Assembly (NCBI RefSeq): GCF_003790525.1
Contig: NZ_CP033635.1
From: Escherichia coli
Lineage (GTDB): Bacteria; Pseudomonadota; Gammaproteobacteria; Enterobacterales; Enterobacteriaceae
Length of the DNA: 64,000 nt
Reading direction: 5' to 3' (one strand)
Shown here: positions 33,578 to 45,592 of the stretch, piece after piece
Position numbering within the stretch: position 1 is the stretch's first letter
Layout of the letters: the number at the start of each line of letters is the position of its first letter
Position numbers and translations under genes: made by a program
Notes under the pieces: generated by a model
Databases searched by the model: none
The model's input: only the letters and a program-made list of their open reading frames with translations
What the model was told of the DNA's origin: nothing

Positions 33578-35884
33578 CTACATTCCATAACGTTCAGAAA
33601 TAGCAGCATGCTTCTCTTCATTCGCCCCGGCTTCTTTGGCAAGACGCCACCAGCACAACGGATGTTCCCAGTCAGCGGTCAATTCGTGCAAGGTCTTATC
33701 GATATCACCTTTAGAAACTGAACGCGGCGCGCTGATAACAAAGTAGAACGCGGGCAGCGGCTGTGCATCTTCTCCCTGCTGGCTGTCCGTTAACGTATAG
33801 TCCTCGTTACTGTTGCTCCAGTAGTACCAGTTTCGTTCACGGAGCGCCTCACGGAAGGCATTAAACTGTTCTTCACCAGGCATGACACCTTCGCAGAACC
33901 AGGACTCGCCGTACTCAGTCGGGATAATGGTTTGCAGGCAGGCATAAAGTGGCGTGAAATTCTTCCGTTCTTCCTCATCCTCTGGTTGGGTGTTCAATAT
34001 TTCCGCATCGAATACCACAACTTCATCAACATGTTGCGGATAATCGGTCCGGTAAGTTGGCTCAATGATCCTTGCTGTTACCGGCCCAATACGTTGAGCA
34101 TAGTAATAGCGGTATTCATAATTTTCCCGGAAGCGAATGTTTAGCAGTCCCCATTTTTCGTCGATAAAACCTTCACCTTCCGTAAGTTCGATTTCCAGTT
34201 CAGCTGCAATAGCACGAACCAAATCCCATTGTTGCAGGATGCTGGCGGTCGCCATGATATCCCACTGGATATTACGAATATCTTCTTCACGGCTAATCAT
34301 CAGTTGCTGCAATTGTTGTAAATAATCCAGCTGTCGATCCCAGGCTTCCTGTTTTTGTGCTGCCCAGGAGCACATGCGATAAACGCCGATCCACTCACGC
34401 CCTTTTTCGTTTTGCAGCAACTGGTGCCCAATCGACTCGAGTTCACTCCAGTCTTCCTGTTGGTTGATCACTCGCGCACGGAACCACAAGGCCATATGTA
34501 GCAGCCCCGCCTGTTCATACTGCTTCGCCAGGTGCTCAATGGTTTGCAGATCGTCACGGTGGAGCAATAAATCCAACAGATCGAAGCAAAGACCATTATC
34601 TTCCTGGATGTGGCTTTCGACGTAGCGTTGCAGAAGTTCAATCGACTCATCAATCGCATTACAGGCGTTTAACGCATTGACCAGTTTGCCCAGCAATTCC
34701 GCATCATCTGGCGCGTTCAGGTAAGCGCGGCGGAATGTTTCGACGTCTTTTTCTGGATCTGGCTGCGTTTCTTCATCGCTATTTTCAGGTACTTCTACAA
34801 CCGGACGAGCAAGCAACTCTGCTTCTTTGGCGGCGATTTTTTCACTCAGTTCGAGAAACTCACGATCAACCCCCAGTAACACGCGTAATTTTGGCATGTG
34901 TCGCTGGGCCAGTTTCATCGCTATTTTGGCAACCCAGACGGATTCACGCTCCAGCGCCAGGGTAATTTGCAGTTTCGCCAGATCAACCACTTTGCGGTGC
35001 GCTCCGGCCTGCGAGCGGTGCTCCAGCATTTTTTGGATGATGCGCGCCAGTTGCCAGTTGTTTCTTTGTGGATGACGGGGAAGTAACACAGTAATGATTT
35101 TCAGCCATGACCCCCATGAATGGGGAGTCAGATCTGACCAACGCGGTAATTCCTCCCAGACTTCTTCGTCCTGCCCGCATAACGCCATGATGTACAGTTT
35201 TTTGAGGTGATTACTAATGCGGTCGCGGCCCCAGTAATCATTGGCTTCTGTCAGCTCATCAATCAGTATGCGTGCTTCATCATAACGCTGAAGTTCAATC
35301 AGAATATCGGCACGAGTATAAAGTAATGCATCAATATCATCTTCCCCGGCTGCTTTAACTGCGTCGATTTGTCGATCCAGATAAGCCAGTGCCTCCTCTA
35401 TTCTTTTGGAATCTATCAGTGCACTGGCATATTCAGTGGACAAACACTGAAAACAGCTCCAGGTCGGATCAATCCGCGCGATGGTTTCTTCACATACCGC
35501 CATACGTTCATTCGCCCAGCCAGGTGCATCAATATTTTCGTAGCAGGCGGATAAATCCTGGGTAACGCAGATAGATTGTGGGCAATCTTTTGTCTCTTCC
35601 CGGTGCGCTTTTTCAAACAGCGCTACCACGTCTGGCAGCACCTTTTCACCTTCTTCATAGTTAGTCAGGCGATGACGCATTTCCCAGTGACCAATAAATA
35701 TTTCCAGCCACGGATTTTTTGCCACCTGGGTAAGTGCTTTTACTTCAGGTAACAGCGAATCGCACTTTTCCATTTGCAGGTGCATAACGCCTTCCGAATA
35801 ATCATCGATAAGTTGCGGAATATACTCCTGCCCGGCATCGCGTAACTCCTTAGTATATTTGTGATACCACTCCCATATATCCAT
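33578..35884 (-). CDS. Hypothetical 768-aa protein, alpha-helical, second gene of HtpG-like operon
   Basis: Start ATG 1 nt downstream of the HtpG-like stop; no catalytic motif recognised; sequence suggests a helical repeat protein. Confidence 0.75.
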   Translation of the reverse strand: MDIWEWYHKYTKELRDAGQEYIPQLIDDYSEGVMHLQMEKCDSLLPEVKALTQVAKNPWLEIFIGHWEMRHRLTNYEEGEKVLPDVVALFEKAHREETKDCPQSICVTQDLSACYENIDAPGWANERMAVCEETIARIDPTWSCFQCLSTEYASALIDSKRIEEALAYLDRQIDAVKAAGEDDIDALLYTRADILIELQRYDEARILIDELTEANDYWGRDRISNHLKKLYIMALCGQDEEVWEELPRWSDLTPHSWGSWLKIITVLLPRHPQRNNWQLARIIQKMLEHRSQAGAHRKVVDLAKLQITLALERESVWVAKIAMKLAQRHMPKLRVLLGVDREFLELSEKIAAKEAELLARPVVEVPENSDEETQPDPEKDVETFRRAYLNAPDDAELLGKLVNALNACNAIDESIELLQRYVESHIQEDNGLCFDLLDLLLHRDDLQTIEHLAKQYEQAGLLHMALWFRARVINQQEDWSELESIGHQLLQNEKGREWIGVYRMCSWAAQKQEAWDRQLDYLQQLQQLMISREEDIRNIQWDIMATASILQQWDLVRAIAAELEIELTEGEGFIDEKWGLLNIRFRENYEYRYYYAQRIGPVTARIIEPTYRTDYPQHVDEVVVFDAEILNTQPEDEEERKNFTPLYACLQTIIPTEYGESWFCEGVMPGEEQFNAFREALRERNWYYWSNSNEDYTLTDSQQGEDAQPLPAFYFVISAPRSVSKGDIDKTLHELTADWEHPLCWWRLAKEAGANEEKHAAISERYGM

Positions 35885-35885
35885 T

Positions 35886-37721
35886 TTATTTTCCTTGATT
35901 AATTAAGACAGGAATAACCTGAGTAAAATCTTCCAGTGCCTGGTGTAAATCCCACTGCTGTTCTTTATTACCGCTGGAGCACAAAATCACTTTCAGCGAT
36001 TTTAATAAGCGTAATGCCGCTGCGGGCTGTTGCTGGTGTTGTAATGCCGTCACCAGTTGCATGATGCAAGGGTTATTAAGGTTGATGTATAAACTTGAGG
36101 TTTTCGTTTTTTGGATTTGTGAAGTAAATTGCCGCGCCAGCATTAACGCTGCGGTGCTGATGCGTTTATCTGCGTCATCCTGTTCGAGAATTTGTTTTAA
36201 TTCTGCTTCGCGGTCTGGCGTAACCACTAACGGTAAAACGGCGGGTTCGAAGCGGGAGATAATTAATTGCTCGCCATCGCAGAGATGCTCTTCCAGATAA
36301 GCTACCTGCTCTTCGGGTAATTCCGCCAGGCTGAACAACTGCTCATTACCTGTTTGCGTACCGACTTCGACAATCCGGCAGTGATATAACAGCGCCCAGC
36401 GACGTAAAAATGGCACGACGGCATAGCGATCGCCACGGGCAACGGGCCGTTGCAGAATGTGGAACAACATCTCTTCAAAACCGCCGTCGCGGCTTAACAG
36501 AATATGAATGCTGTTATTAACGCGTAAATCCTTCGCCAGCAACGCCCCTTTTGACGTTGGCACCTGCAAGCGATCTTTGAGCAAATCAAACAGACGGTCA
36601 TCACATAATGCCGCACCGAGCAACGCTTCGTTGTGGCGCATTAATACACGCCGCCAGATTTCTGGCTGATTTTGTGCGAGATCGGACAAACCAGAAATCA
36701 GCGCCTCTTTTAACGCCTCCTGCACCGCAACCCAGGTTTCGTCCCGCTGGAGATCTTCCCGGCTCGCCGTAGGCGTTAGTTTCGATGACTCAATCACGCC
36801 GCCAATAAATCCGGCCCAGGGAGGTAACAACTCACGCGCTTCATCATCCAGTAACATACCGCGCAAAAACAGCGACAGGTTGCGGTTATCGCTGGTGCCG
36901 TAGGTTGCGCCATCCTGAATCCATAAAATCCCAACCGCGTCGCTCATCCCCACGGGCACCACCGGAATGGTGCAAATCGGTTCGAAGGAGGATTCAAACT
37001 GGGCGGCAAAGGCGAGATTTTTACGCTGTACCAGCGCGCGGTGCATGGTTACGCCTTCGGGGGCAACTTCACGCCACGGTGGTTGAAGTTTATTTACCGG
37101 CTCGCTGGCATCGCCGACATAGACCGGTTCGTGCAGCAATATACAGTAGCGGGAAAGAACGCGGTTCAGCAAATTGTTACTCGCCAGATGGCTGTACTCT
37201 TCTTTGAGCGTCAGAATCACCTGCGTACCCGTTTCCGAGGACTGATGCGGCGTAACGGTATATTTTTGCCCGTCGGTAGAGTGGTATTTCCAGCTCTGAT
37301 CCGGCGTTTGCCAGGATGTGGTCAACACCGTGACCTCTTTCGCCAACACAAAGGCCGACAAAAAACCGAGGCCGAACATACCAATTAAACCGGTGTTGTC
37401 ATCCTGCTGGCGCAACATTCGGGTATAACCCACGCCTACTGTCGCCAGGAAGCCGTGAATTTCACTTTCTGTCAGTCCAGCGCCAGTATCGCTAATAGTG
37501 ATAGTGGACTTCGCCACGTCTGCCACCACACGAATCGCGTTATCCTTTGGTGCATCGGGCTGCTCAATCCTGCGGCGAACGATCGCATCATGGCCGTTCT
37601 GCACCAGCTCGCGCACGGCAACCACGGGAGTGGAGTAAAGATGCTTACTGAGCACCTCAATTAAGCCGTTTAAATTAACTTCTGTAGAATATGAACTACC
37701 AGGTAACTGTAATGTACTCAT
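35886..37721 (-). CDS. Hsp90/HtpG-like GHKL ATPase paralog (611 aa)
   Basis: Bergerat-fold boxes: ELVQNGHDA (N box), DTGAGLT (G1), GMFGLGFLSAF (G2), aligning with HtpG LRELISNASDA / GQFGVGFYSAF. Confidence 0.8.
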   Translation of the reverse strand: MSTLQLPGSSYSTEVNLNGLIEVLSKHLYSTPVVAVRELVQNGHDAIVRRRIEQPDAPKDNAIRVVADVAKSTITISDTGAGLTESEIHGFLATVGVGYTRMLRQQDDNTGLIGMFGLGFLSAFVLAKEVTVLTTSWQTPDQSWKYHSTDGQKYTVTPHQSSETGTQVILTLKEEYSHLASNNLLNRVLSRYCILLHEPVYVGDASEPVNKLQPPWREVAPEGVTMHRALVQRKNLAFAAQFESSFEPICTIPVVPVGMSDAVGILWIQDGATYGTSDNRNLSLFLRGMLLDDEARELLPPWAGFIGGVIESSKLTPTASREDLQRDETWVAVQEALKEALISGLSDLAQNQPEIWRRVLMRHNEALLGAALCDDRLFDLLKDRLQVPTSKGALLAKDLRVNNSIHILLSRDGGFEEMLFHILQRPVARGDRYAVVPFLRRWALLYHCRIVEVGTQTGNEQLFSLAELPEEQVAYLEEHLCDGEQLIISRFEPAVLPLVVTPDREAELKQILEQDDADKRISTAALMLARQFTSQIQKTKTSSLYINLNNPCIMQLVTALQHQQQPAAALRLLKSLKVILCSSGNKEQQWDLHQALEDFTQVIPVLINQGK

Positions 37722-37997
37722 TTTTCAATACTCATAATCCATCACCTACTATTGAAAATACATCGCTGTTTTTACAACCGGTGCAAGGTTTGTTATTTCA
37801 TTCACTCATCGGAAACATTTATTTATTGACGCGATGATTAAAACAAAATGTCTTATATAAATAATGATTAATTCTTAAAGGATTAATGCGACTGGAGTAT
37901 ATCGATATAACCCGGAGTTAACGAGATAATTTCTTGTGGTGAAATTATTATTTGAATGCTGAATAATATATTGAGGATTATTTAATAGAAAAATAAA

Positions 37998-38030
37998 ACC
38001 GCAATCCAGAATCAGAATTGCGGTATTTCT
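37998..38030 (-). terminator. Terminator hairpin after fdhD
   Basis: ccgcaat ... attgcgg stem flanked by T-run on the minus strand. Confidence 0.45.
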
Positions 38031-38867
38031 TTAATTATGAATCAAACGCTGCGGATGGGTATAAACCGTTGCCCGACCCGGTTTACAAAAACCTACCAGT
38101 GTCAGATTACAGCGCTCAGCCACTTCTACAGCAAGCGTGGTCGCGGCAGACACCGCAAACAAAATCTCTACGCCGCACATCGCTGACTTTTGCACCATTT
38201 CATAACTGGCACGGCTGGAAACCAGCACCGCACCTTGCTGCCAGCTTTCCCCTTCTTGTGACCGGCGGCCTAACAGTTTGTCCAGCGCCACATGGCGACC
38301 CACGTCTTCATGCCCGCCGACCAGTTCGCCAGATGGCAACATCCAGGCGGCGGCGTGAGTACAACCGGTCAGTTGCCCCACTGGCTGAAAATCATTGAGA
38401 TGACGTAATGCATCATCCAGTTTGTTGAGATCAAACGTCTGGGTGAACGGTAGCGGCTGCACCGGTTTTCCGATGTCATTAAGTTGCTCCACGCCGCACA
38501 CGCCACATCCCGTACGTCCCGCCAGTGCCCGGCGACGCTCCTTCAACCCCATAAAGCGGCGGCTGGAAAGCTCAATTTGCACTTCCAGACCATTACAGGA
38601 AGGAACGACATCCATACCGAAGATATCGCGCGGACTTTCGATAATCCCCTCGGAAAGCGAAAAACCGAGCGCAAAGTACTCAAGGTCTTTGGGTGACGCC
38701 ATCATCACTACATGCGAAATGCCGTTGTAGACCAGCGCAACGGGAACCTCTTCCGCCACCTCATCTAACCGTGGGTGTTGTAAATCATCACGCCGCCATA
38801 ACTCAATTTGACGAACACCTGTGACACTTGTCACATTTTCGATTTCTTTTTGCTGTGTTTTTTTCAC
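38031..38867 (-). CDS. fdhD: Formate dehydrogenase sulfurtransferase/accessory protein FdhD
   Basis: 278 aa, synteny divergent from fdoGHI. Confidence 0.9.
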   Translation of the reverse strand: MKKTQQKEIENVTSVTGVRQIELWRRDDLQHPRLDEVAEEVPVALVYNGISHVVMMASPKDLEYFALGFSLSEGIIESPRDIFGMDVVPSCNGLEVQIELSSRRFMGLKERRRALAGRTGCGVCGVEQLNDIGKPVQPLPFTQTFDLNKLDDALRHLNDFQPVGQLTGCTHAAAWMLPSGELVGGHEDVGRHVALDKLLGRRSQEGESWQQGAVLVSSRASYEMVQKSAMCGVEILFAVSAATTLAVEVAERCNLTLVGFCKPGRATVYTHPQRLIHN

Positions 38868-39060
38868 TTTCTCTTAACCAGATAAGAACACACACACCAA
38901 CATTATGGTATTCTGTTACAAACCCTTCCTGGATGGAGGGAAATTGAGCCAATTCTGGACCTTTGCGGCCCCTTCCGCAAAGAAAAATAACTCCCACTCC
39001 CTGCACACGCAGCAAGCGAATGTAAATGGGACGTGACAATGTCGAAACAAGGAGCAATCC

Positions 39061-42000
39061 ATGCAGGTCAGCAGAAGGCAGTTCTTTAAGATCTGCGCTG
39101 GCGGTATGGCAGGCACCACGGCAGCGGCACTGGGTTTTGCACCCAGCGTAGCACTCGCGGAAACCCGGCAGTATAAACTGCTGCGCACCCGCGAAACCCG
39201 TAATACCTGCACCTATTGTTCCGTAGGCTGTGGGCTGTTGATGTACAGCCTCGGTGACGGAGCAAAAAACGCCAAAGCATCTATCTTCCATATCGAAGGT
39301 GACCCGGATCACCCGGTCAACCGCGGAGCACTTTGTCCGAAAGGCGCTGGCCTGGTGGATTTCATCCACTCCGAAAGCCGCCTGAAGTTTCCGGAATACC
39401 GTGCGCCAGGTTCTGATAAATGGCAACAAATCAGTTGGGAAGAGGCGTTTGATCGCATCGCCAAACTGATGAAAGAAGACCGCGATGCGAACTACATTGC
39501 GCAAAACGCCGAAGGCGTGACTGTTAACCGCTGGCTCTCCACCGGGATGCTGTGTGCTTCCGCGTCGAGCAACGAAACCGGCTATTTAACACAAAAATTC
39601 TCCCGCGCGCTGGGTATGCTCGCGGTCGACAACCAGGCGCGTGTCTGACACGGACCAACGGTAGCAAGTCTTGCTCCAACATTTGGTCGCGGTGCGATGA
39701 CCAACCACTGGGTCGACATCAAGAATGCCAACCTCGTCGTGGTGATGGGCGGTAACGCCGCTGAAGCTCACCCGGTCGGGTTCCGCTGGGCGATGGAAGC
39801 CAAAATTCACAACGGCGCGAAGCTGATTGTGATCGATCCTCGCTTTACACGTACGGCGGCGGTGGCTGACTACTATGCCCCTATTCGTTCCGGGACTGAC
39901 ATTGCTTTCCTGTCAGGCGTATTGCTGTACCTGCTGAACAATGAAAAATTCAACCGCGAATACACCGAAGCCTATACCAACGCCAGCCTGATCGTGCGTG
40001 AGGATTACGGCTTTGAAGATGGCCTGTTCACCGGCTACGACGCGGAAAAACGCAAGTACGATAAATCCAGCTGGACCTACGAGCTGGACGAAAACGGCTT
40101 CGCCAAACGCGATACCACGCTGCAACATCCGCGCTGCGTGTGGAACTTGCTGAAACAGCACGTTTCCCGTTATACGCCAGATGTGGTTGAAAACATCTGT
40201 GGTACGCCGAAAGACGCGTTCCTGAAAGTCTGCGAATACATCGCAGAGACCAGTGCTCACGATAAAACTGCCTCGTTCCTTTACGCGCTCGGCTGGACGC
40301 AACACTCCATTGGTGCGCAAAACATTCGTACGATGGCGATGATCCAGCTGCTGCTCGGCAACATGGGGATGGCAGGCGGCGGCGTTAACGCCCTGCGCGG
40401 TCACTCCAATATTCAGGGGCTGACCGACCTGGGGCTGCTGTCGCAGAGTCTGCCAGGTTACATGACGTTGCCAAGCGAGAAGCAGACCGATCTGCAAACT
40501 TACCTTACCGCCAACACGCCGAAACCACTGCTGGAAGGCCAGGTTAACTACTGGGGCAATTACCCGAAATTCTTCGTCTCCATGATGAAGGCCTTCTTTG
40601 GTGATAAAGCGACGGCGGAAAATAACTGGGGCTTTGACTGGTTGCCGAAGTGGGATAAAGGCTACGACGTCCTGCAATACTTCGAGATGATGAAAGAGGG
40701 CAAGGTCAATGGCTATATCTGCCAGGGCTTTAACCCTGTTGCCTCATTCCCGAACAAAAACAAAGTGATCGGCTGTCTGTCGAAACTGAAGTTCCTCGTG
40801 ACCATCGACCCGCTGAACACTGAAACCTCTAACTTCTGGCAGAACCACGGTGAACTGAACGAAGTTGACTCGTCGAAGATCCAGACCGAAGTGTTCCGTC
40901 TGCCATCGACCTGCTTCGCGGAAGAGAACGGTTCAATCGTCAACTCTGGCCGCTGGTTGCAGTGGCACTGGAAAGGTGCGGACGCCCCGGGGATTGCGCT
41001 GACTGACGGCGAGATCCTCTCCGGTATCTTCCTGCGCTTGCGCAAGATGTATGCCGAACAGGGTGGCGCGAACCCGGACCAGGTGCTGAACATGACCTGG
41101 AACTACGCCATTCCGCATGAGCCATCTTCAGAAGAAGTGGCGATGGAGAGTAACGGTAAGGCGCTGGCCGATATTACCGATCCGGCAACCGGTGCGGTTA
41201 TCGTCAAGAAAGGCCAACAACTTAGCTCGTTCGCCCAACTGCGCGATGACGGTACAACCTCCTGTGGCTGCTGGATTTTCGCCGGTAGCTGGACGCCGGA
41301 AGGCAACCAGATGGCGCGTCGTGATAACGCCGATCCGTCTGGCCTCGGTAACACGCTGGGCTGGGCATGGGCATGGCCGCTTAACCGCCGCATTCTGTAT
41401 AACCGCGCCTCCGCAGATCCGCAGGGTAACCCATGGGATCCGAAGCGTCAGTTGCTGAAATGGGACGGCACTAAGTGGACCGGCTGGGATATTCCGGATT
41501 ACAGCGCAGCGCCTCCGGGCAGTGGCGTCGGGCCGTTTATCATGCAGCAGGAAGGCATGGGGCGTCTGTTTGCCCTCGATAAGATGGCGGAAGGTCCGTT
41601 CCCGGAACACTACGAGCCGTTTGAAACGCCGCTGGGAACTAACCCGCTGCATCCAAACGTTATCTCGAACCCGGCTGCGCGAATCTTTAAAGACGACGCC
41701 GAAGCATTGGGTAAAGCCGATAAGTTCCCGTATGTCGGAACCACCTATCGTCTGACCGAGCACTTCCACTACTGGACCAAACACGCGCTGTTGAACGCGA
41801 TTTTGCAACCAGAGCAGTTTGTGGAAATCGGGGAGTCGCTGGCGAATAAACTTGGCATTGCCCAGGGCGATACTGTGAAAGTCTCCTCCAACCGTGGCTA
41901 TATCAAAGCCAAAGCGGTAGTGACCAAACGTATTCGCACGCTGAAAGCAAACGGCAAAGATATCGATACCATCGGTATTCCGATTCACTGGGGCTATGAA

Positions 42001-42111
42001 GGTGTTGCGAAAAAAGGCTTTATTGCCAATACGTTGACGCCATTCGTCGGTGATGCGAACACGCAGACGCCGGAGTTTAAGTCCTTCCTTGTGAATGTGG
42101 AAAAGGTGTAA
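39061..42111 (+). CDS. fdoG: Formate dehydrogenase-O major subunit; in-frame UGA (39646-39648) read as selenocysteine
   Basis: Two listed ORFs (39061-39648 and 39697-42111) share one frame; ... NQARV-TGA-HGPTVA ... is the conserved Sec context; Tat signal RRQFFK. Confidence 0.9.
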
Positions 42112-42123
42112 CGGAGACGACAT

Positions 42124-43026
42124 ATGGCTTATCAATCGCAAGATATCATTCGTCGTTCCGCGACTAACGGTCTGACCCCCGCGCCTCAGGCGCGGGACTT
42201 CCAGGAAGAAGTGGCGAAACTCATCGACGTCACCACCTGTATCGGCTGTAAAGCCTGTCAGGTGGCGTGTTCAGAGTGGAACGACATTCGCGATACCGTC
42301 GGCAATAACATTGGGGTGTACGACAACCCCAATGATTTAAGTGCCAAATCGTGGACGGTGATGCGATTCTCGGAAGTGGAGCAGAACGACAAACTGGAAT
42401 GGCTGATCCGCAAAGACGGCTGTATGCACTGTTCCGATCCAGGCTGCCTGAAAGCGTGCCCGGCGGAAGGGGCAATTATTCAGTATGCCAACGGTATCGT
42501 CGACTTCCAGTCCGAGCAGTGCATCGGCTGCGGTTATTGCATTGCGGGCTGTCCGTTCGACATTCCGCGCCTCAACCCGGAAGATAACCGCGTCTACAAA
42601 TGTACGTTGTGCGTTGACCGCGTGGTGGTTGGGCAAGAACCGGCCTGCGTGAAGACCTGCCCAACGGGCGCGATTCACTTCGGTACGAAAGAGTCGATGA
42701 AAACGCTGGCGAGCGAGCGCGTGGCGGAGCTGAAAACCCGTGGTTACGACAATGCGGGTCTGTACGATCCGGCAGGCGTCGGTGGTACACACGTTATGTA
42801 CGTGCTGCACCATGCTGACAAGCCAAATCTGTATCATGGCTTGCCGGAGAACCCGGAAATCAGCGAAACCGTGAAATTCTGGAAAGGCATCTGGAAACCG
42901 CTCGCAGCTGTTGGCTTTGCGGCTACCTTCGCAGCCAGTATCTTCCACTACGTGGGTGTCGGTCCGAACCGTGCGGATGAGGAAGAGAATAATCTGCACG
43001 AAGAGAAAGACGAGGAGCGCAAATGA
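42124..43026 (+). CDS. fdoH: Formate dehydrogenase-O Fe-S subunit
   Basis: Multiple CxxCxxCxxxC ferredoxin motifs. Confidence 0.95.
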
Positions 43027-43658
43027 AACGACGTGACACCATCGTGCGCTACACCGCGCCGGAACGTATCAACCACTGGATCACCGCCTTCTGCTTCATC
43101 CTGGCGGCGGTGAGCGGGCTGGGCTTTTTGTTCCCGTCCTTCAACTGGTTGATGCAAATCATGGGCACATCGCAGCTGGCGCGCATTCTGCACCCGTTTG
43201 TCGGCGTGGTTATGTTTGCCTCGTTCATCATCATGTTTTTCCGTTACTGGCATCACAACCTAATCAATCGGGATGATATCTTTTGGGCGAAGAATATTCG
43301 TAAGATCGTCGTCAACGAGGAAGTAGGCGACACCGGGCGTTATAACTTCGGTCAGAAATGCGTTTTCTGGGCGGCGATTATTTTCCTGGTTCTGCTGCTG
43401 GTGAGCGGCGTGATTATCTGGCGTCCTTATTTTGCGCCTGCTTTCTCAATCCCGGTGATCCGATTCGCGTTAATGCTGCATTCATTTGCCGCAGTGGCGT
43501 TAATTGTGGTTATCATGGTGCATATCTACGCCGCCCTTTGGGTGAAAGGCACGATTACCGCCATGGTGGAAGGATGGGTTACCAGCGCCTGGGCGAAGAA
43601 ACATCACCCGCGCTGGTACCGTGAGGTCCGCAAGACAACGGAAAAGAAAGCTGAATGA
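43023..43658 (+). CDS. fdoI: Formate dehydrogenase-O cytochrome b556 subunit
   Basis: 211 aa membrane protein. Confidence 0.95.
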
Positions 43659-44584
43659 GTATTCGCATAATCCCGCAAGATGAGCTGGGTTCGAGCGAGA
43701 AACGTACGGCGGATATGATTCCGCCGTTATTGTTCCCTCGGCTCAAGAATTTATACAACCGCCGCGCCGAGCGTCTGCGCGAGCTGGCAGAAAATAATCC
43801 GCTGGGTGATTACCTGCGCTTTGCTGCGCTTATCGCCCACGCCCAGGAAGTGGTGCTGTACGACCATCCGCTGGAGATGGATCTGACCACGCGCATTAAA
43901 GAAGCCAGCGCACAAGGCAAGCCCCCGCTGGATATTCACGTTCTGCCGCGTGATAAGCACTGGCAAAAGCTGCTGATGGCGCTGATTGCTGAGCTGAAAC
44001 CTGAAATGAGCGGCCCGGCGCTGGCAGTGATTGAGAATCTGGAGAAGGCATCGACTCAGGAGCTGGAAGATATGGCCAGCGCACTGTTTGCCTCTGATTT
44101 CTCGTCCGTCAGCAGCGATAAAGCGCCGTTTATCTGGGCTGCGCTGTCGCTCTACTGGGCGCAGATGGCTAATCTGATCCCCGGCAAAGCCCGCGCTGAA
44201 TACGGCGAACAACGTCAATATTGCCCGGTATGTGGCTCTATGCCGGTGTCCAGCATGGTGCAAATTGGCACCACTCAGGGGCTGCGTTACCTGCACTGCA
44301 ACCTGTGTGAAACCGAATGGCACGTAGTGCGCGTAAAATGCAGCAACTGCGAGCAGAGCGGCAAACTGCATTACTGGTCGCTGGATGACGAACAGGCCGC
44401 GATTAAAGCCGAAAGCTGCGATGACTGCGGCACTTACCTGAAAATTCTCTATCAGGAAAAAGATCCAAAAATCGAAGCCGTAGCAGATGACCTCGCCTCT
44501 CTGGTACTGGACGCGCGAATGGAGCAAGAAGGCTACGCCCGTAGTTCTATTAACCCGTTCTTGTTTCCGGGTGAAGGGGAGTAA
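43655..44584 (+). CDS. fdhE: Formate dehydrogenase formation protein FdhE
   Basis: 309 aa, CxxC clusters. Confidence 0.95.
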   Translation: MSIRIIPQDELGSSEKRTADMIPPLLFPRLKNLYNRRAERLRELAENNPLGDYLRFAALIAHAQEVVLYDHPLEMDLTTRIKEASAQGKPPLDIHVLPRDKHWQKLLMALIAELKPEMSGPALAVIENLEKASTQELEDMASALFASDFSSVSSDKAPFIWAALSLYWAQMANLIPGKARAEYGEQRQYCPVCGSMPVSSMVQIGTTQGLRYLHCNLCETEWHVVRVKCSNCEQSGKLHYWSLDDEQAAIKAESCDDCGTYLKILYQEKDPKIEAVADDLASLVLDARMEQEGYARSSINPFLFPGEGE

Positions 44585-44759
44585 TCTCTGACGTTTTCCG
44601 GGTGGCGCAGGTCGCCCGGATTACAGCTCATAGGGTGTGACGACACTATCTCTCGTATTCCGCGTTACCCATTCAAGATCATGCCGCAATTGTCTGTTTG
44701 CCTCGTTCTTCCCTCCAACACATCGATAAGGTTATGGGTATGTCACTGATGACAAGCGT

Positions 44760-44870
44760 ATGATTGCCTGATGCGCTGCGCTTATCAGGCCTACCAATAA
44801 ACTTCAATATATTGAATTTGCATGACTTTGTAGGCCGGATAAGGCGTTCACGCCGCATCCAGCATGAACA
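44760..44870. repeat. BIME: two inverted REP units
   Basis: gcctgatgcgctgcgcttatcaggcctac and gtaggccggataaggcgttcacgccgcatcc. Confidence 0.6.
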
Positions 44871-44912
44871 ACGCGCTCGTTGTCAGCAATCTGATTGGTA
44901 TCATTTTTGCCA

Positions 44913-45131
44913 TTACCATTCCTCGCGCAGCTTACGCTGGTATTCGACACCATCTTCCTCACTCCCTTGCCAGATGCCAAAAGCACTGGCTCTTGCTGTT
45001 TGCGATTGATTTACCAGGTATTGATCTACCGCTTCCCGTAATAGCTCCGCACGAGGAAGATTACGCTGCACCTCGAGATCATCAAGTTGCTTAAACAACT
45101 CATTCGATAAATTGAGTAAAATTCTGCCCAT
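44913..45131 (-). CDS. yiiF: Ribbon-helix-helix (CopG-like) protein YiiF
   Basis: 72-aa form; [15 protein letters not shown]. Confidence 0.75.
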   Translation of the reverse strand: MGRILLNLSNELFKQLDDLEVQRNLPRAELLREAVDQYLVNQSQTARASAFGIWQGSEEDGVEYQRKLREEW

Positions 45132-45373
45132 ATCTATACCTGCCAGAGAGTTCATAAATATCTCGCCAATATCATTTTTGAATCTATGGAGAGAAAAGTA
45201 CCCTTGCCGAATCTTTAAAGAAAGCGCATTTACGCATCATTTTTTATTTTTGCGAGGCGTTTTCCAGATACGATGTAACAGTTGCAGTTATTATAAGTTC
45301 AAGTAAAACAACCTTGTATTAATATCAGAATAAGGGCATCTGGTTTTTATATTCAAGAATAATATATTTTTTG

Positions 45374-45592
45374 TCATTCCTTATGCTCCTTACACTGATC
45401 ATCAACAACTACTGTCTCACCCCTTTGCCTGCCTCCCTTTGCTTTACGCACCGGGAATTGCTGACGTTCCAGATATTGCTCTACCGCTTCGCGTAAAATT
45501 GCAGATCGTGAAACCTTACGCCAGCCCCTAAGCTTGTTCAGCCGTTTAATTGCCTCTTCTGATAAATGAAGAAAAACCGTATTCATCGCCAT
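45374..45592 (-). CDS. yiiE: Ribbon-helix-helix (CopG-like) protein YiiE, paralog of YiiF
   Basis: 72-aa form; VSRSAILREAVEQYL. Confidence 0.75.
   Translation of the reverse strand: MAMNTVFLHLSEEAIKRLNKLRGWRKVSRSAILREAVEQYLERQQFPVRKAKGGRQRGETVVVDDQCKEHKE

Noticed and set aside
33388-33603. 71-aa plus-strand ORF between yiiG and the 768-aa gene
   Set aside because: Lies in an AT-rich intergenic or promoter region; no RBS and low-complexity translation.
39646-39696. Apparent break of fdoG into two ORFs (possible pseudogene or frameshift)
   Set aside because: Both parts share one frame and are separated by a single TGA in the conserved selenocysteine context; this is Sec recoding, not a disruption.
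39913-42141. Minus-strand ORFs of 254 and 337 aa inside fdoG
   Set aside because: Antisense to a highly conserved gene; Arg/Gln-rich composition typical of shadow frames.
43751-44527. 258-aa minus-strand ORF inside fdhE
   Set aside because: Antisense shadow ORF; fdhE on the plus strand is the conserved gene.
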